From Balanoglossus misakiensis (lineage: Eukaryota > Animalia > Hemichordata): 64,000 nt of DNA. Both the position numbers and the translations under genes were made by a program. Numbering within the stretch: position 1 is the stretch's first letter; the number at the start of each line of letters is the position of its first letter. The stretch is from positions 124,001 to 188,000 of the forward strand of contig CM082595.2 of assembly GCA_040954595.2 (NCBI GenBank), written 5' to 3'. The notes beneath the pieces were generated by a model, which had not been told where the DNA came from, did not search any database, and saw only the letters and a program-made list of their open reading frames with translations. Shown in pieces: positions 12,584-25,897 of the stretch.

Positions 12584-15500
12584 CTAGGGGGCAGCAGCCA
12601 TCATACTTCCATTGCCGTTTACTGATGTGCCGTTGGTTTTTGCCATTGCCTTCTCATCTGTCACATCCATGGCTGTGTCATCGGAGACCTGTAAATAAAC
12701 CGGGTGAATGCGTTACTAGACATGAAATACTGGACATCGAGTATTGGTCCTTTTAAATAACCCTACTGTCGGTATACACAAACCTGTCATCAACATCCGA
12801 TTGTAACTGCATATTAAATGTAAACAGGTTAATTAATAAACAGGTGCCCATTTATTCAGCCTATTGTGGTATGCTCACATGTTCTACAATAATCACAAAT
12901 TCAAAATGGCATCATCTGTCAAGCTAAGTGTAAAGAGTATAGATTGAATTATTCCATTGTTTAAAATGTGGCAGCTATTGGGGCTTTAAAAAAATCTGCT
13001 ATTTGACCAAATACCTTGAGTTTCTTGACTGGCATCTCATGAGTTCTGTCCTCTGCCTGGATGAGTCTGTCTCTACTCTCAAGCATCTTTTCGATAATTT
13101 CCCACAAAATATTCTCTTCCGGGAAATTATTGTCCACAAGATTCACCAGGAAGTAGTTATCGTGAATGTAATCCATGATGCGTCTTGATTCAGAATCTTC
13201 CGGATAGAGATAGCCCCACTGTGCTTTCCAGATGCCAAATGCCTCATCCTAATGCAAACACGGAAAACATCTTTGGGAAATTAATCTCTACAAAAAAAAC
13301 ATTTCTTCTGTGCATATGATTGTGCTGTTGATGACATTAGTGGATAAAGATCTGTAAAACATTACGTTTCTCTCCTCATGAAAATTCTTGGAATGAATGG
13401 AACCTGTCTTCAGTATTTTGTACACTCCCAAGAAATACATAGAGCAGTGTTTACAGTAATACTGAAGACAGGCACACATATGGTTGAAAAGATTTCTAGG
13501 TGACTGATAGTTTAATGTGAGGACTTTTTTCCAACCTTGAAGTAAGTGTGGAATTGTTTTCAACATTTCAAGAACTTCAGCAGTCATTTTTGTTTTGGAA
13601 CTTGATGTCACCAGAGATTTTTCCAACATTTTAACCCTTTCACCACCATGGTTTGGTCCAATCTCAATGTTTTCTATGGTAAAGTTAGACCTCTACAAGT
13701 GGAATTGGGGGTGAAAGGGTTAAGTTAGAAACAATACCATTGCATGGGTTGAGGCTACAAGCATATACTGATTGTTGCTAGAAATCTTGGCATTGACAAG
13801 CCAACCACTTGTATTGGAGCATGGGGGATTCGAACCCACGGCCTGCAACTCAGTTGCACGCTCTAGCCATCTGAGCTAATGCCCCAAACTAAAATTGTGA
13901 TATGACTCTCGCCAACTGGTATTGTCCAGTTTCTTTAATGTGAAATTTGCGCATCCTCAACGTGTACCATGAAAAGGCATGGCTCAAAACATTACTGGCA
14001 AATTTTATAAGGAACACCATCACTCCACAGACAATTTTTTCTGCAAACAAAAATGTACAAAGTTTAATAATTTGGATGCAAAGATAGAATTGCCATTTTT
14101 TGCATAACCATTTTATATAAAAATAAACATTTGCTTTTCAGAAAGGATGAAATTTCATGCACTTTGGATCTTAAAATTGATGTTATGATTCAAGAAATAG
14201 AATTACCAATATAGGGTTTGTTAACAGGTTCATGTGTTGTCCAAGATGGTGTCCCTTCTACATATCTACGAAATAAACTTGATGTACACCGAGCAGGTAA
14301 AAAACCTTGAGCGAAATACAGTCAATGGAACTTTAAGATGGATTTTTATCTACAAGGTTCAAAATTAGTAGCAGTAGGGAATTACTATGTTACCCACTCG
14401 CGGTAGCTACCTCTTCACATCAACCGGTACAGCAACTGGCCTGGTCTGTACGCAACCACCTTAATATATATATTTTTTGAGTGGCTACAACTATCAATGA
14501 TTGTTGCATTCAATAATCAGCTGGAATCATGGGTTCTATACTTCCATTTGATATCAGGTCAGTCACATGTACCTTTGTCACATAAGGGAAAGTCAGAAAT
14601 ATATCATGTCTCACACTTTTTGGCTTATATTTTTATATAAGCCTTGAAGGGGATGAAATTTATTCCAACGCATGTGCAAAATCATGCATACAGTAGCATT
14701 TTGTCAACATCTCACTTGGCCAAAATAAGTTAGGGAGACTTCTGTGTTTATGTTTCTGTGTTTAACAACACCCCAGAAAAACAAATTTGAATTACAATAA
14801 TCATGTCTGTGCACTCTTAGATAGATGTAACCACTCAGAACTGTCCAGAGCGAAAGGTGAACAATGTAGGTTTCCACTGTTATTCTCCAACTTTACATCA
14901 TGCATCTGATTGGTAAATATCACATCATGTGACACTCCACTTCCTGTTATGTCACAAATGATGTCATCAACAAAATGTGACCTCTCTTGTAATTGTTTGG
15001 TCATTTTGCTTGACATACAAAAAACAGGAAACATTTTTATGAAACATTTTTATGGTCTAGAAAAATATGTTATCTTTTATGTAGTTGGTGTTGACTAGAA
15101 AGACACAAATAGCCAAATAATGCCAAATGATTTGAGTCAACCTGAAGATTAAGTCCTCATTCATTAAAAAGTGACAGCAGAGAAAACTTAAACAGTCTAA
15201 TTTTGAGGACAACATCCATCAATTCAGACATGTAGAATAACAGAAATTGATATTCTACAAAACAGTAAAATAAGCAATCCTGGACCATATATCGGTGAAG
15301 GCAAGTCTTTTCAGATAAAAATATTCAGATGAATACAAAAAATGCCAATATTTTGGGTTTAGGATGTCAATCATTTTAATTTCTGGATATCAACAGAAAT
15401 CTTGTATTCATAAACTCTCTCATCATTTACAAACATCTACAATCTCTATTCTTTTGTTCACTGCTCACATTTCACTCTGGACCCCTACACTGAAAATTAC

Positions 15501-18500
15501 CTGAACTGTAACGTGCATCTTTTCAAGAGAAATACACAAGAAAATCATTAATGCATTCAACAGTAGTCTACTATTACGAAAAATAATTCAACACTCCATG
15601 CCAAAGTTGTCCAAGTTTGTGAAAATGAAATCTAACAAGGATATTCCTCCTGAAGTATAATGAACAGCTAAAGCAAAAAGCGATGGAATTCTATACAAAT
15701 GTAATTTCCTTATCAATTTGGACACAAGACTAGACAAATATTTAAATTTACTTTAAAAATGATCGAGGAAATTCATTCTGAAATGAAAATATGACTAAAA
15801 TCTACCAAATCCACTTTGCGATCTCTTTATGGAAGTATTAGTAACAAGAAGTAAATACTGCCGGTATTATTTAAAAGGGAAGTATTGAGCTTATATCAAC
15901 TATAGGTGTGGCAAAGTGATATTGACTATTCAAACTGCGGTAATTTTATGGTTGATTTATTGCAATATCCTATGTGGATTTCGAACAAAAGGCTTTTAAC
16001 CATAATGAAATGGAAACACTACTTTTCTGAGGATTTTTTGGAAAGAGCAAAATGACAAACTACCATTTCAATATAGCTTAAATAATTTGATCATTTTGTT
16101 ACGCCATTAGTAAAATAGATTACATTATCTTCACAATTGATTGATACAATATGACAAATCAGTCCTTTTTGTGCAACTTGGCATGGAGTTGTAGTTAATA
16201 ATCAAGTCCAATGTTCTGTGTCAACAGAGGTAATGATAAACCCATAGGACAGAATTCAAGACGGGAATGGGTTGTCACCTTCTAATAGGTATAAATCATG
16301 ATTTCTGCAATTTTTTCAGATGACATTTCAACTTTTTCATCTGAGAATATAGCGCTGTTGTATAAAATATTCTGCAGAAACTAGCAAAGAGCTTGAAAAT
16401 GTACACATATTTTGCCCGTTTCATTATGGATATTTGGTTTGCAATTTACAATGTCCTATTTCATGTTGTTGTAAATATCCATGCACCAAATAGATTTATA
16501 CAATGTCATCTTTGTCACCAAATGACTTTAAATTTACCAGCCAGGTGATGTGTATCAAATTGGCCACATTTCAATTTTCTTATATCAGCAAACCCCTTTC
16601 TCATTTCAAGATTTAAAACATTTTTTGCCCACCACTGTTGAATCAGAACAACTGTACCTTCTTTACATATTTTCACATTTCACTCAGAAACTTCAAATCA
16701 TGCAGTAAATGTGCCGAATTCTTTTTTTCAATAAACTCTTTTCTCAATCTCTGGTTTTCAAGACCAAATGGGACCCTTTTTATATTTTGAAGGGTACTGG
16801 TGTATTTATTTTTTTTGCTGCACATTCTTTGCAAGAAGAGAAGCAATACAAATATCACCGAAGAGAACAGAAAATGGAACATACAACTTACCTTCCAGTA
16901 CCAAAAACTGATTGGATCAACAATGGTTGGCTGAACTATTTCCCTACCTGGGAACACACCCCAAGTGACGGCAATGGGTTTCAATTTATCTGAGTTTGTT
17001 ATATCATCCACCCCCTGTAAATAAAAATCAAGAAATTGTAAACCAGGTAATAGGGTCACACTGCAATGGATGAGAGGTTGAGACAAGACTTGAACACAAT
17101 GTATGTATTTCCTTTTATTTATATTTAGACAATACTTACGCTGCTGTTGATGATATGGTAGTTTACTCTTGGAGAGTAATCAGGCAATATTTCCAACAAT
17201 GCCCTGACATTCTCTCTGGTTGTGAAAAACTCCAGGTATGCCTAGACGGTTAAAATAAATTGGTGTCATTAGGAGGAATTGATTCACATCTGATTTTCAA
17301 AATTACTTCTGGTATTGACCAAATAGTAAATTGCTACAATGGAACAAATTCAATCAAATTAAATGAAATGAACAAAGTATTCACGTGTTTATGTTCAGGA
17401 GTTGAATTCTGACAACTTGTCGTTAAGGAGATTTCAGAGAACAGAACAACATGAACTACAGCAATCCAAATAATGTCAAAAGTGATCGACTTTCTCCCTG
17501 CAAGTCAAAACCAAACAGAATACCTTTTGGAAAACATAGCCACCCGCATCTCCCCATCCAAAAACAGGATCAGATGAAGGTTTGGCGCAGACATTTGGCT
17601 GAGAGTTGATTGTCAACACTCCACGTTCATTGATGCTTATCAATCTGTCTTGAAGAACTGACGTCTCTGGAGCAAGCTCTTCTTCATTCCAGGGTAAATA
17701 TGTCACCTGTGGAAGACAGAAGATAAATGTAAATCAAGTGTACTAAACTAGAAAAAGGGATTTTTATTACTATTGCAGTCAAGTTCAAGTCATGGTTGAA
17801 GAGGATTATGTTTTCATGCATCATTTGACTCCATGTTGACCTATTTCCAGATTCCAGAACGATCAAATTATTTCCTCAAACTTAGCAAAAAACATTGCTT
17901 TAATTACCAGGGTAAACCACTAGTTCATGACTATGCTCTGTAGTGCATGCACTAATTATAACGACTGCTCTCCAAGGAGACAAGTCAATCTCATTGAAAG
18001 ATTTCATGAACACAGTTTTAATTTTAGAACTATTCTAACTACAGTGCTCAACTCGAATGGCACATGTATATACATGTACCAGCTATTGCCATATGCTAAT
18101 CCCGCAGGAATACTAGAAAATGACACCAAACTGACCTTCACACCATCTTTGTTGGGTTCACCAGACAAGAAAGAGGAGAAAACCTGCCAAACATCTTCCT
18201 CACTGTGCAGCTCTTGTCCCCACATTTTCATCAAATCTGCTTTCTGTATTTTGGGCTTAAGACAGAAGAGATAATAGTCTTTGAGATCGCCAAAGGCGGG
18301 CGATGTGGAGTCACCCCACCGACCGTTGGGAAACTCATCCCATTCCTGCGTCCTGTAGACATAGCTTTTGGGACGGATGGACCAAAAGATCGGTCTGACA
18401 TCTTCACCACTTCGGGAATGGTTGGCCGTCGTCTTCCAAGGAAGTGCTCGGGAGGGATCCTCACACCACAGACCCAATTTCTTTAGGATTTCGATAGTAG

Positions 18501-21500
18501 CAACTTCTCGGTTCAACGTGTAGAAATGCAGTCCTGCAACCAACCCACTGAAAAGACAAAAATAGAGTAATAAGTGACTCAGTAAAACAAGAATTCCAAA
18601 CAAGGTTTTTAGATGTTGAAACAGGAATGTTCACATATCCAGTAGTATTCGGAGCCTAAATATAAAGTCACTACTCTGAGAGAAATTTTACATTTAGTCA
18701 AAGATCACATCTACATTTGTCTGCAATACCCGACTTCTGGACCACCCATAATTCATAGTAATGCTACGGAAAGGCAAAGGCAATAATCACTTTCAGAAGA
18801 CCTTTACATTGACATTGAAGTTACCTTCAACACTCGGTATCTATAGTTACCTGTGCAAGAGCTCTTTGCAGATTTTAAGTGCATGCTGAACTCCAAACTT
18901 CCTTATGGCTAAATCATCTTCCTTTATTGGTTCTATTATATCTGTAATCTCTTTTGGAACCTCAAGTCTGGAGAGTTTCACTAACTGCCTCAATGATTGA
19001 TATCCCTTTTTGAAAAAAAAAGTCATGAAAAAATTTACAAATTTCAGTTTAAAAAGTGCCCCTGCTGTAAAACAAAACATCCTTATGTAATTTACTGACA
19101 TGCATGTTCAAGACCTCTTGAAAAGGTATTCATTAACTGAATAATTGCAACTGACGGGTCAATGAACTCAACTGTACTCAATACCACTGCCAGCATTCTT
19201 CCCAGGAATTTCTAACATAGTAACAGTGAATTTGCATAACATTGTAATTGTTATAGTAATGAGCTTTGATTGTTTCCCCAGACTAAAAGGTATTCATTAA
19301 TACTTTCAAACCAGCGTGGTATTGGTACAAACATAACGACGACTCTGGTAGAGTAATACCTTTCTAAAACGTGACGTCAAAGGGACTGAGAAATTTGTTG
19401 TTTAGCATAGACAAGTTTCCAGATTATGACAGGGTGCAGTTAAGATAGGTTACACAGCAATCCAATGAGTCTTTATATTTCATGGAGAGCAGGTCACCAT
19501 GAAGAGCTAGATAAAATTCTTTTATTTTTACCTGTATGGGGAAAATGCCAGGTATGATGGGAACATCAATGCCAATTTTCCGACAGTCTTTCACAAAATT
19601 CAGAAAATGACTGGATTCAAAGAACAGTTGCGTAATGATGAAGTCTGCTCCTGCATCCACTTTTTCTTTCAAGTGCTTCAAGTCGTCTTCGTAGCTGACA
19701 GCATCTGGGTGACCACGTGGGTAACCTAAAGTGAAAAACACGAACATTTGGAATGGCTCAATTTAACCCTTTTAGCACATTGTTTGGTCCAAATCCCTTG
19801 TTTTCTATGGTAAAAGTTGGATCTCTAGAGATGGAAATGATCTACTTACATGTTGAAATGTCTAATATTCTGCTTGTGAATGTAGCCTGTATGTGTAACA
19901 ACCATTATTATTGTTGAAATCTGATCTTGAATTCAACTTTCACAAAACTGCCATCTTTTTTCTTACCTGCCACACAAATCACAAAATAGTCTCCAAAGTT
20001 TTCTCTTATGAACTTGACAAGATCAGTAGCATAGCTTAAACCATCTTGAACGGGTTTCCATTCATCACCGACAGGTGGATCTATGATTAATATGGAAATT
20101 ATACAGAAATATTAAATTTCAGACGGGTATCTTCTTCTTACTAAGTTGCATACTTCTGGTAGTTGGAGAGAATTCTGAACGACAGCCCATGATACACCTA
20201 TGTACCAAATAGCAATGTGAGATTCCTGCAGCAGTTTAAGGTTTTGATGGACCGACAGACAGACACAGACAGACAAATAGTTAGACAGACAGACATATTT
20301 GCACATTGGAGCTAAATATTATCATACCTCCTCTCAGAGCAAGAATGTTCCTTATTCCTTGTTCCTTTGCTTTGAGAAGTATTTTCTTAATTTGATACTT
20401 TGTTTGATTGCAACACGTTATGTGCAACATGGTCTCCATTCCACAGTAATTCAAAGCGGTACTTGCAATCATCATGGAGCTTGTCGGGGAATCCCCGCTT
20501 GGGTTTCCGGCTGGGTGCCATGTGACATCACAAAACAACGGCTGTCCAACAACCATTCGATCAAACCTTGACAACAAGTAGACAAAAAGGTCACAAGGTC
20601 AAAGATCTATGTCTAATGGCTAATGGATCTGAAAAAAAAGTTTGCCCACTCATAGATATGCCATGATGGCAAATCCGATTTTCTGCAGTTTACTAATTTT
20701 CCACACATTGCAAGAAAATTTCTGCAAACTCAACATAACTAACAGCAGTGGGAGAACAAACAATTTTTGAAAATCTGATAGCAATAAACAGATGTATTCG
20801 ATACAACTGCTTAATGCTGTAGTCAATTTTTGGTACAGGAAAACAGGAGTCTATTTAGGGAAACCACTGACAAAATCACCATATGCCGAAACATGTGTAA
20901 ATATAGCAGACCCTACCCCACTGGAAATTAAAAGGTGTGTAGCAGTAGATGGACTGGCTATTCCAGTTGGGTTACACTATTACAATTATAATATCAGTCT
21001 ATAATTAGAAAACAAACTGAAGGGATGGTGTTGTAATTAAAATATGGACTTTACTCATATTTTTGACTGTTGGCCTGATGTGAAAATTGACACAATGTGC
21101 ACATGCTTAACAACTTATCAGGCCGTATATCAAATTTTTATTACCCAACAAATTAAAGACATGTCACACAATCTAGCAACAGGTATCGGGTGACATTAAG
21201 GATCGTGCCATTCAGTTAAGGGAACTTGATGAAAAAGTGCACAAATACATCATGAACATGAGAACAGTTAGACATGTCCTGTGTTGATCATTAAAGCATT
21301 TACAATTTTGAAAAATTGCAATCCTTTTTTCATGTGTTTGGAAAGACTTTCAAGTAAAAATAATGTTTTGGCAAATTTTACTAAAGCCACCATGTTTATT
21401 ATGTCCAAGTTTTCAAATGTCTGCTTTGTGGTATACTTTTTTACACTTGGCCACCCAAGGGAAAAACCAAGAATCAGACAGATCTCTTCTTTCCATGGTA

Positions 21501-21789
21501 ACTGTGGCTGGATTTGCATAAATGACCATTTCAAAGATAAATACCTTGCGATCAAATTAACAGCACCATTTGCAGTTCGTGGTGGAAAAAATTCCAGTGA
21601 AAAAAATCTGTCATGGGAGTCGATCCTGGCCTGGATTCGATCGATGAGTTTGGTGTAGCCTGGAGAGACTGGTCGAGAAAGAACTTCAGGGGTGATCTCT
21701 CCACTGGCTAAACTGGAAACACTGCTGTAGGAACTGCATCTTGCAAAGTTATGTCTGCCATTGTAGGTCGACAGGGAATTATTGCTCAT
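12584..21789 (-). CDS. MTHFR: Methylenetetrahydrofolate reductase
   Basis: Exons are 21789-21545, 20566-20328, 20080-19967, 19725-19532, 19005-18851, 18547-18136, 17706-17524, 17241-17140, 17014-16892, 13248-13015 and a probable last exon 12688-12584. Motifs include [79 protein letters not shown] and LVNLVDNNF. Confidence 0.97.
13631..13723 (+). mobile_element. About 90-bp TTAA-flanked MITE (piggyBac-like ends), most intact copy
   Basis: TTAA-CCCTTTCACC ... GGTGAAAGGG-TTAA terminal inverted repeats; the internal sequence is shared with copies at 19763, 33022 and 40878. Confidence 0.8.
13815..13885 (-). pseudogene. tRNA-Ala-derived sequence (tRNA pseudogene or SINE head)
   Basis: The minus strand reads GGGGCATTAGCTCAGATGGCTAGAGCG-TGCAACTGAGTTGCA-GGCCGTGGGTTCGAATCCCCCATGCTCCA. 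It has an acceptor stem GGGGCAT/ATGCTCC with G3:U70, an A box and a B box, but the anticodon arm is a 6-bp stem with a 3-nt loop. Confidence 0.7.
14030..14464. repeat. Probable non-autonomous DNA transposon fragment ending in ...ACCACCTTAA
   Basis: The segment is richer in CpG than the surrounding CpG-poor intron and ends in a CC-TTAA terminus; the other end is not recognisable. Confidence 0.3.
19763..19840 (+). mobile_element. Truncated copy of the TTAA MITE family
   Basis: TTAACCCTTT...TGTTTGGTCCAAATCCCTTGTTTTCTATGGTAAAAGTTGGATCTCTA matches 13631-13723. Confidence 0.7.
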
Positions 21790-24385
21790 ACTTGAAGAAT
21801 TAAACCTGGTTCCCTTTCACTCAACTGTTCATAAACAGAAAAACAAATACAGAAAAAGATTTTAAAAAACACAAAAAACATGTTTTTGTACATTCTGTTC
21901 TGGTGATGGTTTGTGGGAAAAATATATTTTAGTCACTTTTTGATGCTCTTGGCCGCCAATAATTTACCAGCCCACTATTTAGGAATGTATGTACCGGTAT
22001 AAAACAACACTAGATATCTAACCAAGTTGACATACCAACTTTGATATCTTGTTCATCTCAAGTGTGGGTAAACGTATGACTAGCCAAACTCAACAGTCTG
22101 ACCCCCAGATTAACTGTCTATATGTGCATATTGTAATCTCTTCATTATCAATTGACCAGGTCAATCTGGTTTACAAATCACTCATATCGCTAACCACGTA
22201 AAATTTCACTTGACTCATGTCTAAGTTGCTATGTTTTCAAAAAATGCAAAGTTAAACATTTTCTATGAAGTCTTCATTAATGAGAAACAATGTTCAGACT
22301 CTGTTCAGACTGCCAAAACAAGCTTAGAATTTCTTTAAGTACAAAATTCATTATGGCAAGAGAACAAAACTTATAGAAGTTTCAAAATTTTGTTAAAATG
22401 ATAATGTATTTCATTTGTATTTCATAGTTATATTCTTCAACTTACCGAGTAAATCTTCAATTCAACAGGATGAAAAATTCATGGAGTTGTTCGAGTCCTT
22501 TTCCAGCAGATCACAGCAAGAATTTCTGATAGAGAATGCAAACATACATGTATACATGTATTTGTCTCAGGAAATGAAAAGTAAAAGGATTCGGTTGTGA
22601 ATATTAATTAAAAGTAGTATGATTACGCAACAAAAACGGATGCGAAAATACAATAGACACAAAAAGTCGTTTGAAAGAAGCGTTGTTAGAGAAAGTGTTT
22701 ACATGATTGTTGTGCAAATGACAACCCTGAATGACCCATGACCCTGGGTAATTTAAAAGTCCGACGTTTCACGAAGCAGCGGCGTGTACACATCAGAAAT
22801 ATACGTTTGCGTCTTTCACAGAATACGTTGCGGCGGACATAGTCAATTTCACAGGCTGATATTGATATGCACTAAGTATCCCTGGGAAAGAAATGCTACA
22901 GTCTGTTCATAATTTACAAATATTCACTTATTTTGGGATGATGTTTATACGCACGCCGATAGCCCCATGCAGTGAGTGCGGTTAGGTGCAGACGTTCGCA
23001 ACGGAACAAATTTCACTGCATGCGATGTCATTCGGTCACGTCGGCAACGTTTTCTTTAAAAAGAGCAGTTGTCGTTAAAGTATGGTTCGTACTATTTAAT
23101 GACAATACATAAAACGACCATGAACACTTCTTAAAAACCGTAAATAACCTGTGAACATGCATGCGGATAGACGGCTTACCCTGACTATCTCAGCGACTGA
23201 CTCACAATAAAGAGGCCTAACCATTCTGTACGCCGTGTATAAATACCCGTTGACAATATATGCAAAAATACCCCCTGCAGAGTGAGCTCCAGCCATTCAT
23301 TGAGCTCGCTTATGTAGAAATTTGCATACATTACAAATCGCCATTTTCAGTGAAATATCGCCTATTTTGGTCTCATAGATATTATAGAATACTTTCACAT
23401 TTGGCTTGCGGTCTGAGCATTAGTGTATGGGTCTCCCGAAGTCACAAATACCTTCCGCAATATCAACCAAACTGCTAAAGACATAAACACTTAAAATCGT
23501 ACGCACGGAGCGCCATCTACGACACTCGCACATCACGTATATTATCTTTCGTTTACGTCATTTCCATGACTGAGTACGATCAAGGTTGATCACAAGAGTT
23601 TAGTTATTGCGCATACTATTTTGTTAAGTTCTGGCCGTCACGGGATGGTAAAAGTCTAGCCTCTCCGTTTTGCCGACTTTGAAATCTTTGGTGATTTTGT
23701 CATTTTTAGACATTATTCATGACGAAATAAAAGTACTGTACAACATTTCGGTTATGTGTCAAATTTTATTATCCGGAATATTTTAAAAGGTAAAAGTAAA
23801 ACTCGCTGCGTAAGTCTAAGACAATTGTACTGAGTGGGCGTCTTCAATCGGGATGTATACCTTCTCCTCCATAGTCTGCAAAGAACGGAAAGGTTAAGAA
23901 GCATCATCTCGTGCAATAGGCCTACTTGTACAAGTCCACGCTCACATCAGCTTCGGTGTATAACGAGTCTTTCATGCGGTGATCTGTCAAGCTGTCAGCA
24001 GAGCTTACAACCTTTGTACTTGCAGTTTACTGCCCTCTCCGTGACCCTTGGCGAGACAGCCGGGGTAACTGCATTCCAATGACTTATGCTATGCTATGCT
24101 ATGCATATGGCCGACACCGTCGATGGTGGTGACCATGTCTAGCTCCACGAAAATATGAAGACGACATATAGACGAATTATTATTGTGCATGTATATGTGG
24201 CCCAATATTTTAGCAATGAAAAAATGGATTGTGCACGACCCGCGTGGTATATTAAAACTTTTTGGTTTGACGATTTTTCTACCAATACGTAGTCAAGGCA
24301 ACTGTTTGCGCACATATTGACCGTCAGGAACGGACTATTCTTGTGTGTATTTATACAAGTGACAGAAAAACGAGGGTGTTTATAG

Positions 24386-24388
24386 ACA

Positions 24389-24428
<40 letters not shown>
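24386..24428. repeat. (CA)n microsatellite
   Basis: Long cacaca run. Confidence 0.95.
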
Positions 24429-24430
<2 letters not shown>

Positions 24431-25105
24431 ACTATCTTGATTGTGTCATATGTTTTATAGTGCATACGGAGAAATAGTGAGAAAAACTTCAAGAAACTTT
24501 TAGCGTGATTTATTTAATTGACAGCTTTATGCGATAATCAAACGACCTTTACAATCAGCCTCTTGTTTCCCGGTGATGTCGGAAATAATGTATGAAATGT
24601 ATTATGCCTTATTTTCTAGAAAAACAAAACTGCTGAGATACATTTCTCGAAATACAAAATATGACATACATAGATGTAATTTCAGTATTGACTTTGGATA
24701 CATTTCATCAACAATGCACAGCCTCTGAGTTGTATAAGCTTTTGAGTAATCTCTTATCTTGCCGATTTTAATGCGTTTTTTTCTAAATATGTATTTTATC
24801 AATATTGATTTGTGCGCGTCTCTTTTACATGCGAATTTATCAAATAATGTAGTATGTGCTTCTTCTTCGTTTTCAAATAAACACACACTAAGAATTGGAA
24901 GTTTTTTTCAGACAATCAGTCCCCGATGCGCATTCTACCTTAATTAAATTGATTGATAAAGAATCAGTGACTGCTATTTTTGTGGTGCATATGGACTATT
25001 GGATCTAATTTCAATGTTGCGACGACATACTACAGAGTGATAGCTTAAATGGTGCCTTGTACAAACTGCCACCAAACAGTTGGATATATGAAAACCATGA
25101 ACTAT

Positions 25106-25197
25106 CTACCCGATGAAAAGGTATGCCACCACTGCAACCACAACAGCATAAGTCAGCAACATCCAGCTCGCCGTGTTGGGGGCAGCACTGACAGTGA
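25106..25197 (-). CDS. Candidate terminal exon of the GH31 gene encoding a GPI-anchor signal or C-terminal TM helix
   Basis: The acceptor TTCATTCTTTTGCCTTTCAG precedes the exon. Joined in phase 1 to the donor A|GTAAGT at 25906, it reads ITVSAAPNTASWMLLTYAVVVAVVAYLFIG*. Confidence 0.65.
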
Positions 25198-25897
25198 CTG
25201 AAAGGCAAAAGAATGAAGATGATGTTTAATGAGGGCATAGTCCAGTCTGGTTCCACCACGTTTCTCACCGCTGGTGGCACTATGCTTTCGCCAAGACTGA
25301 GTTGGAAACTACGAGGCAACCAGACCGGAGTGATATTGGTGGCATGGTACCTGGTTTCTGTACTGATAAAAATATACGAATACAAAAAACTGTAACTTTT
25401 GCTTAATATATTTTTTAATTTCTCATATTTTTTGCTCTATAATGAAGTCCGTCAACACTATTCAAACACATGAGAAACAAAGACAACGTTACAGGTTTTT
25501 GCCGGGTTAGTACATTTTAGATCGTGCAAGTGAGGTGAATTTGTGCCAGCTACATACAATATGACGTCACAAATAAGTACTAATGTACTAATCAACGATA
25601 ACAAACCTCCATTCAACTAGAGTTCGTCTACAGTTGTCCTTGGGACGCGTACTGCCAGAACAAAACAAAACAAGACAAAACAAAACAAAGGATGTTCCTA
25701 TCATTATTCAGTAAACCACAATGGATGGTGATTCAACCGGACGCGTCGACCTCAGGTGGGCGAATCTGTATACCGTCAGATATCGCGATAACGAAATAGC
25801 TCGACAACAAAAGCAGTAGGACGTCAAAATATGATAAATGTCGAAAGGTTGTCAGTATACTCATGTCATGATAACAGAAAAATAAGCACAGACGTTG

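Noticed and set aside
13815-13885. Functional decoding tRNA gene
   Set aside because: There is no 7-nt anticodon loop and no clear oligo-T terminator directly downstream.
25011-25385. 124-aa Cys-rich ORF as a standalone gene
   Set aside because: It shows no family resemblance, and the region is better explained by the GH31 terminal exon in a different frame.
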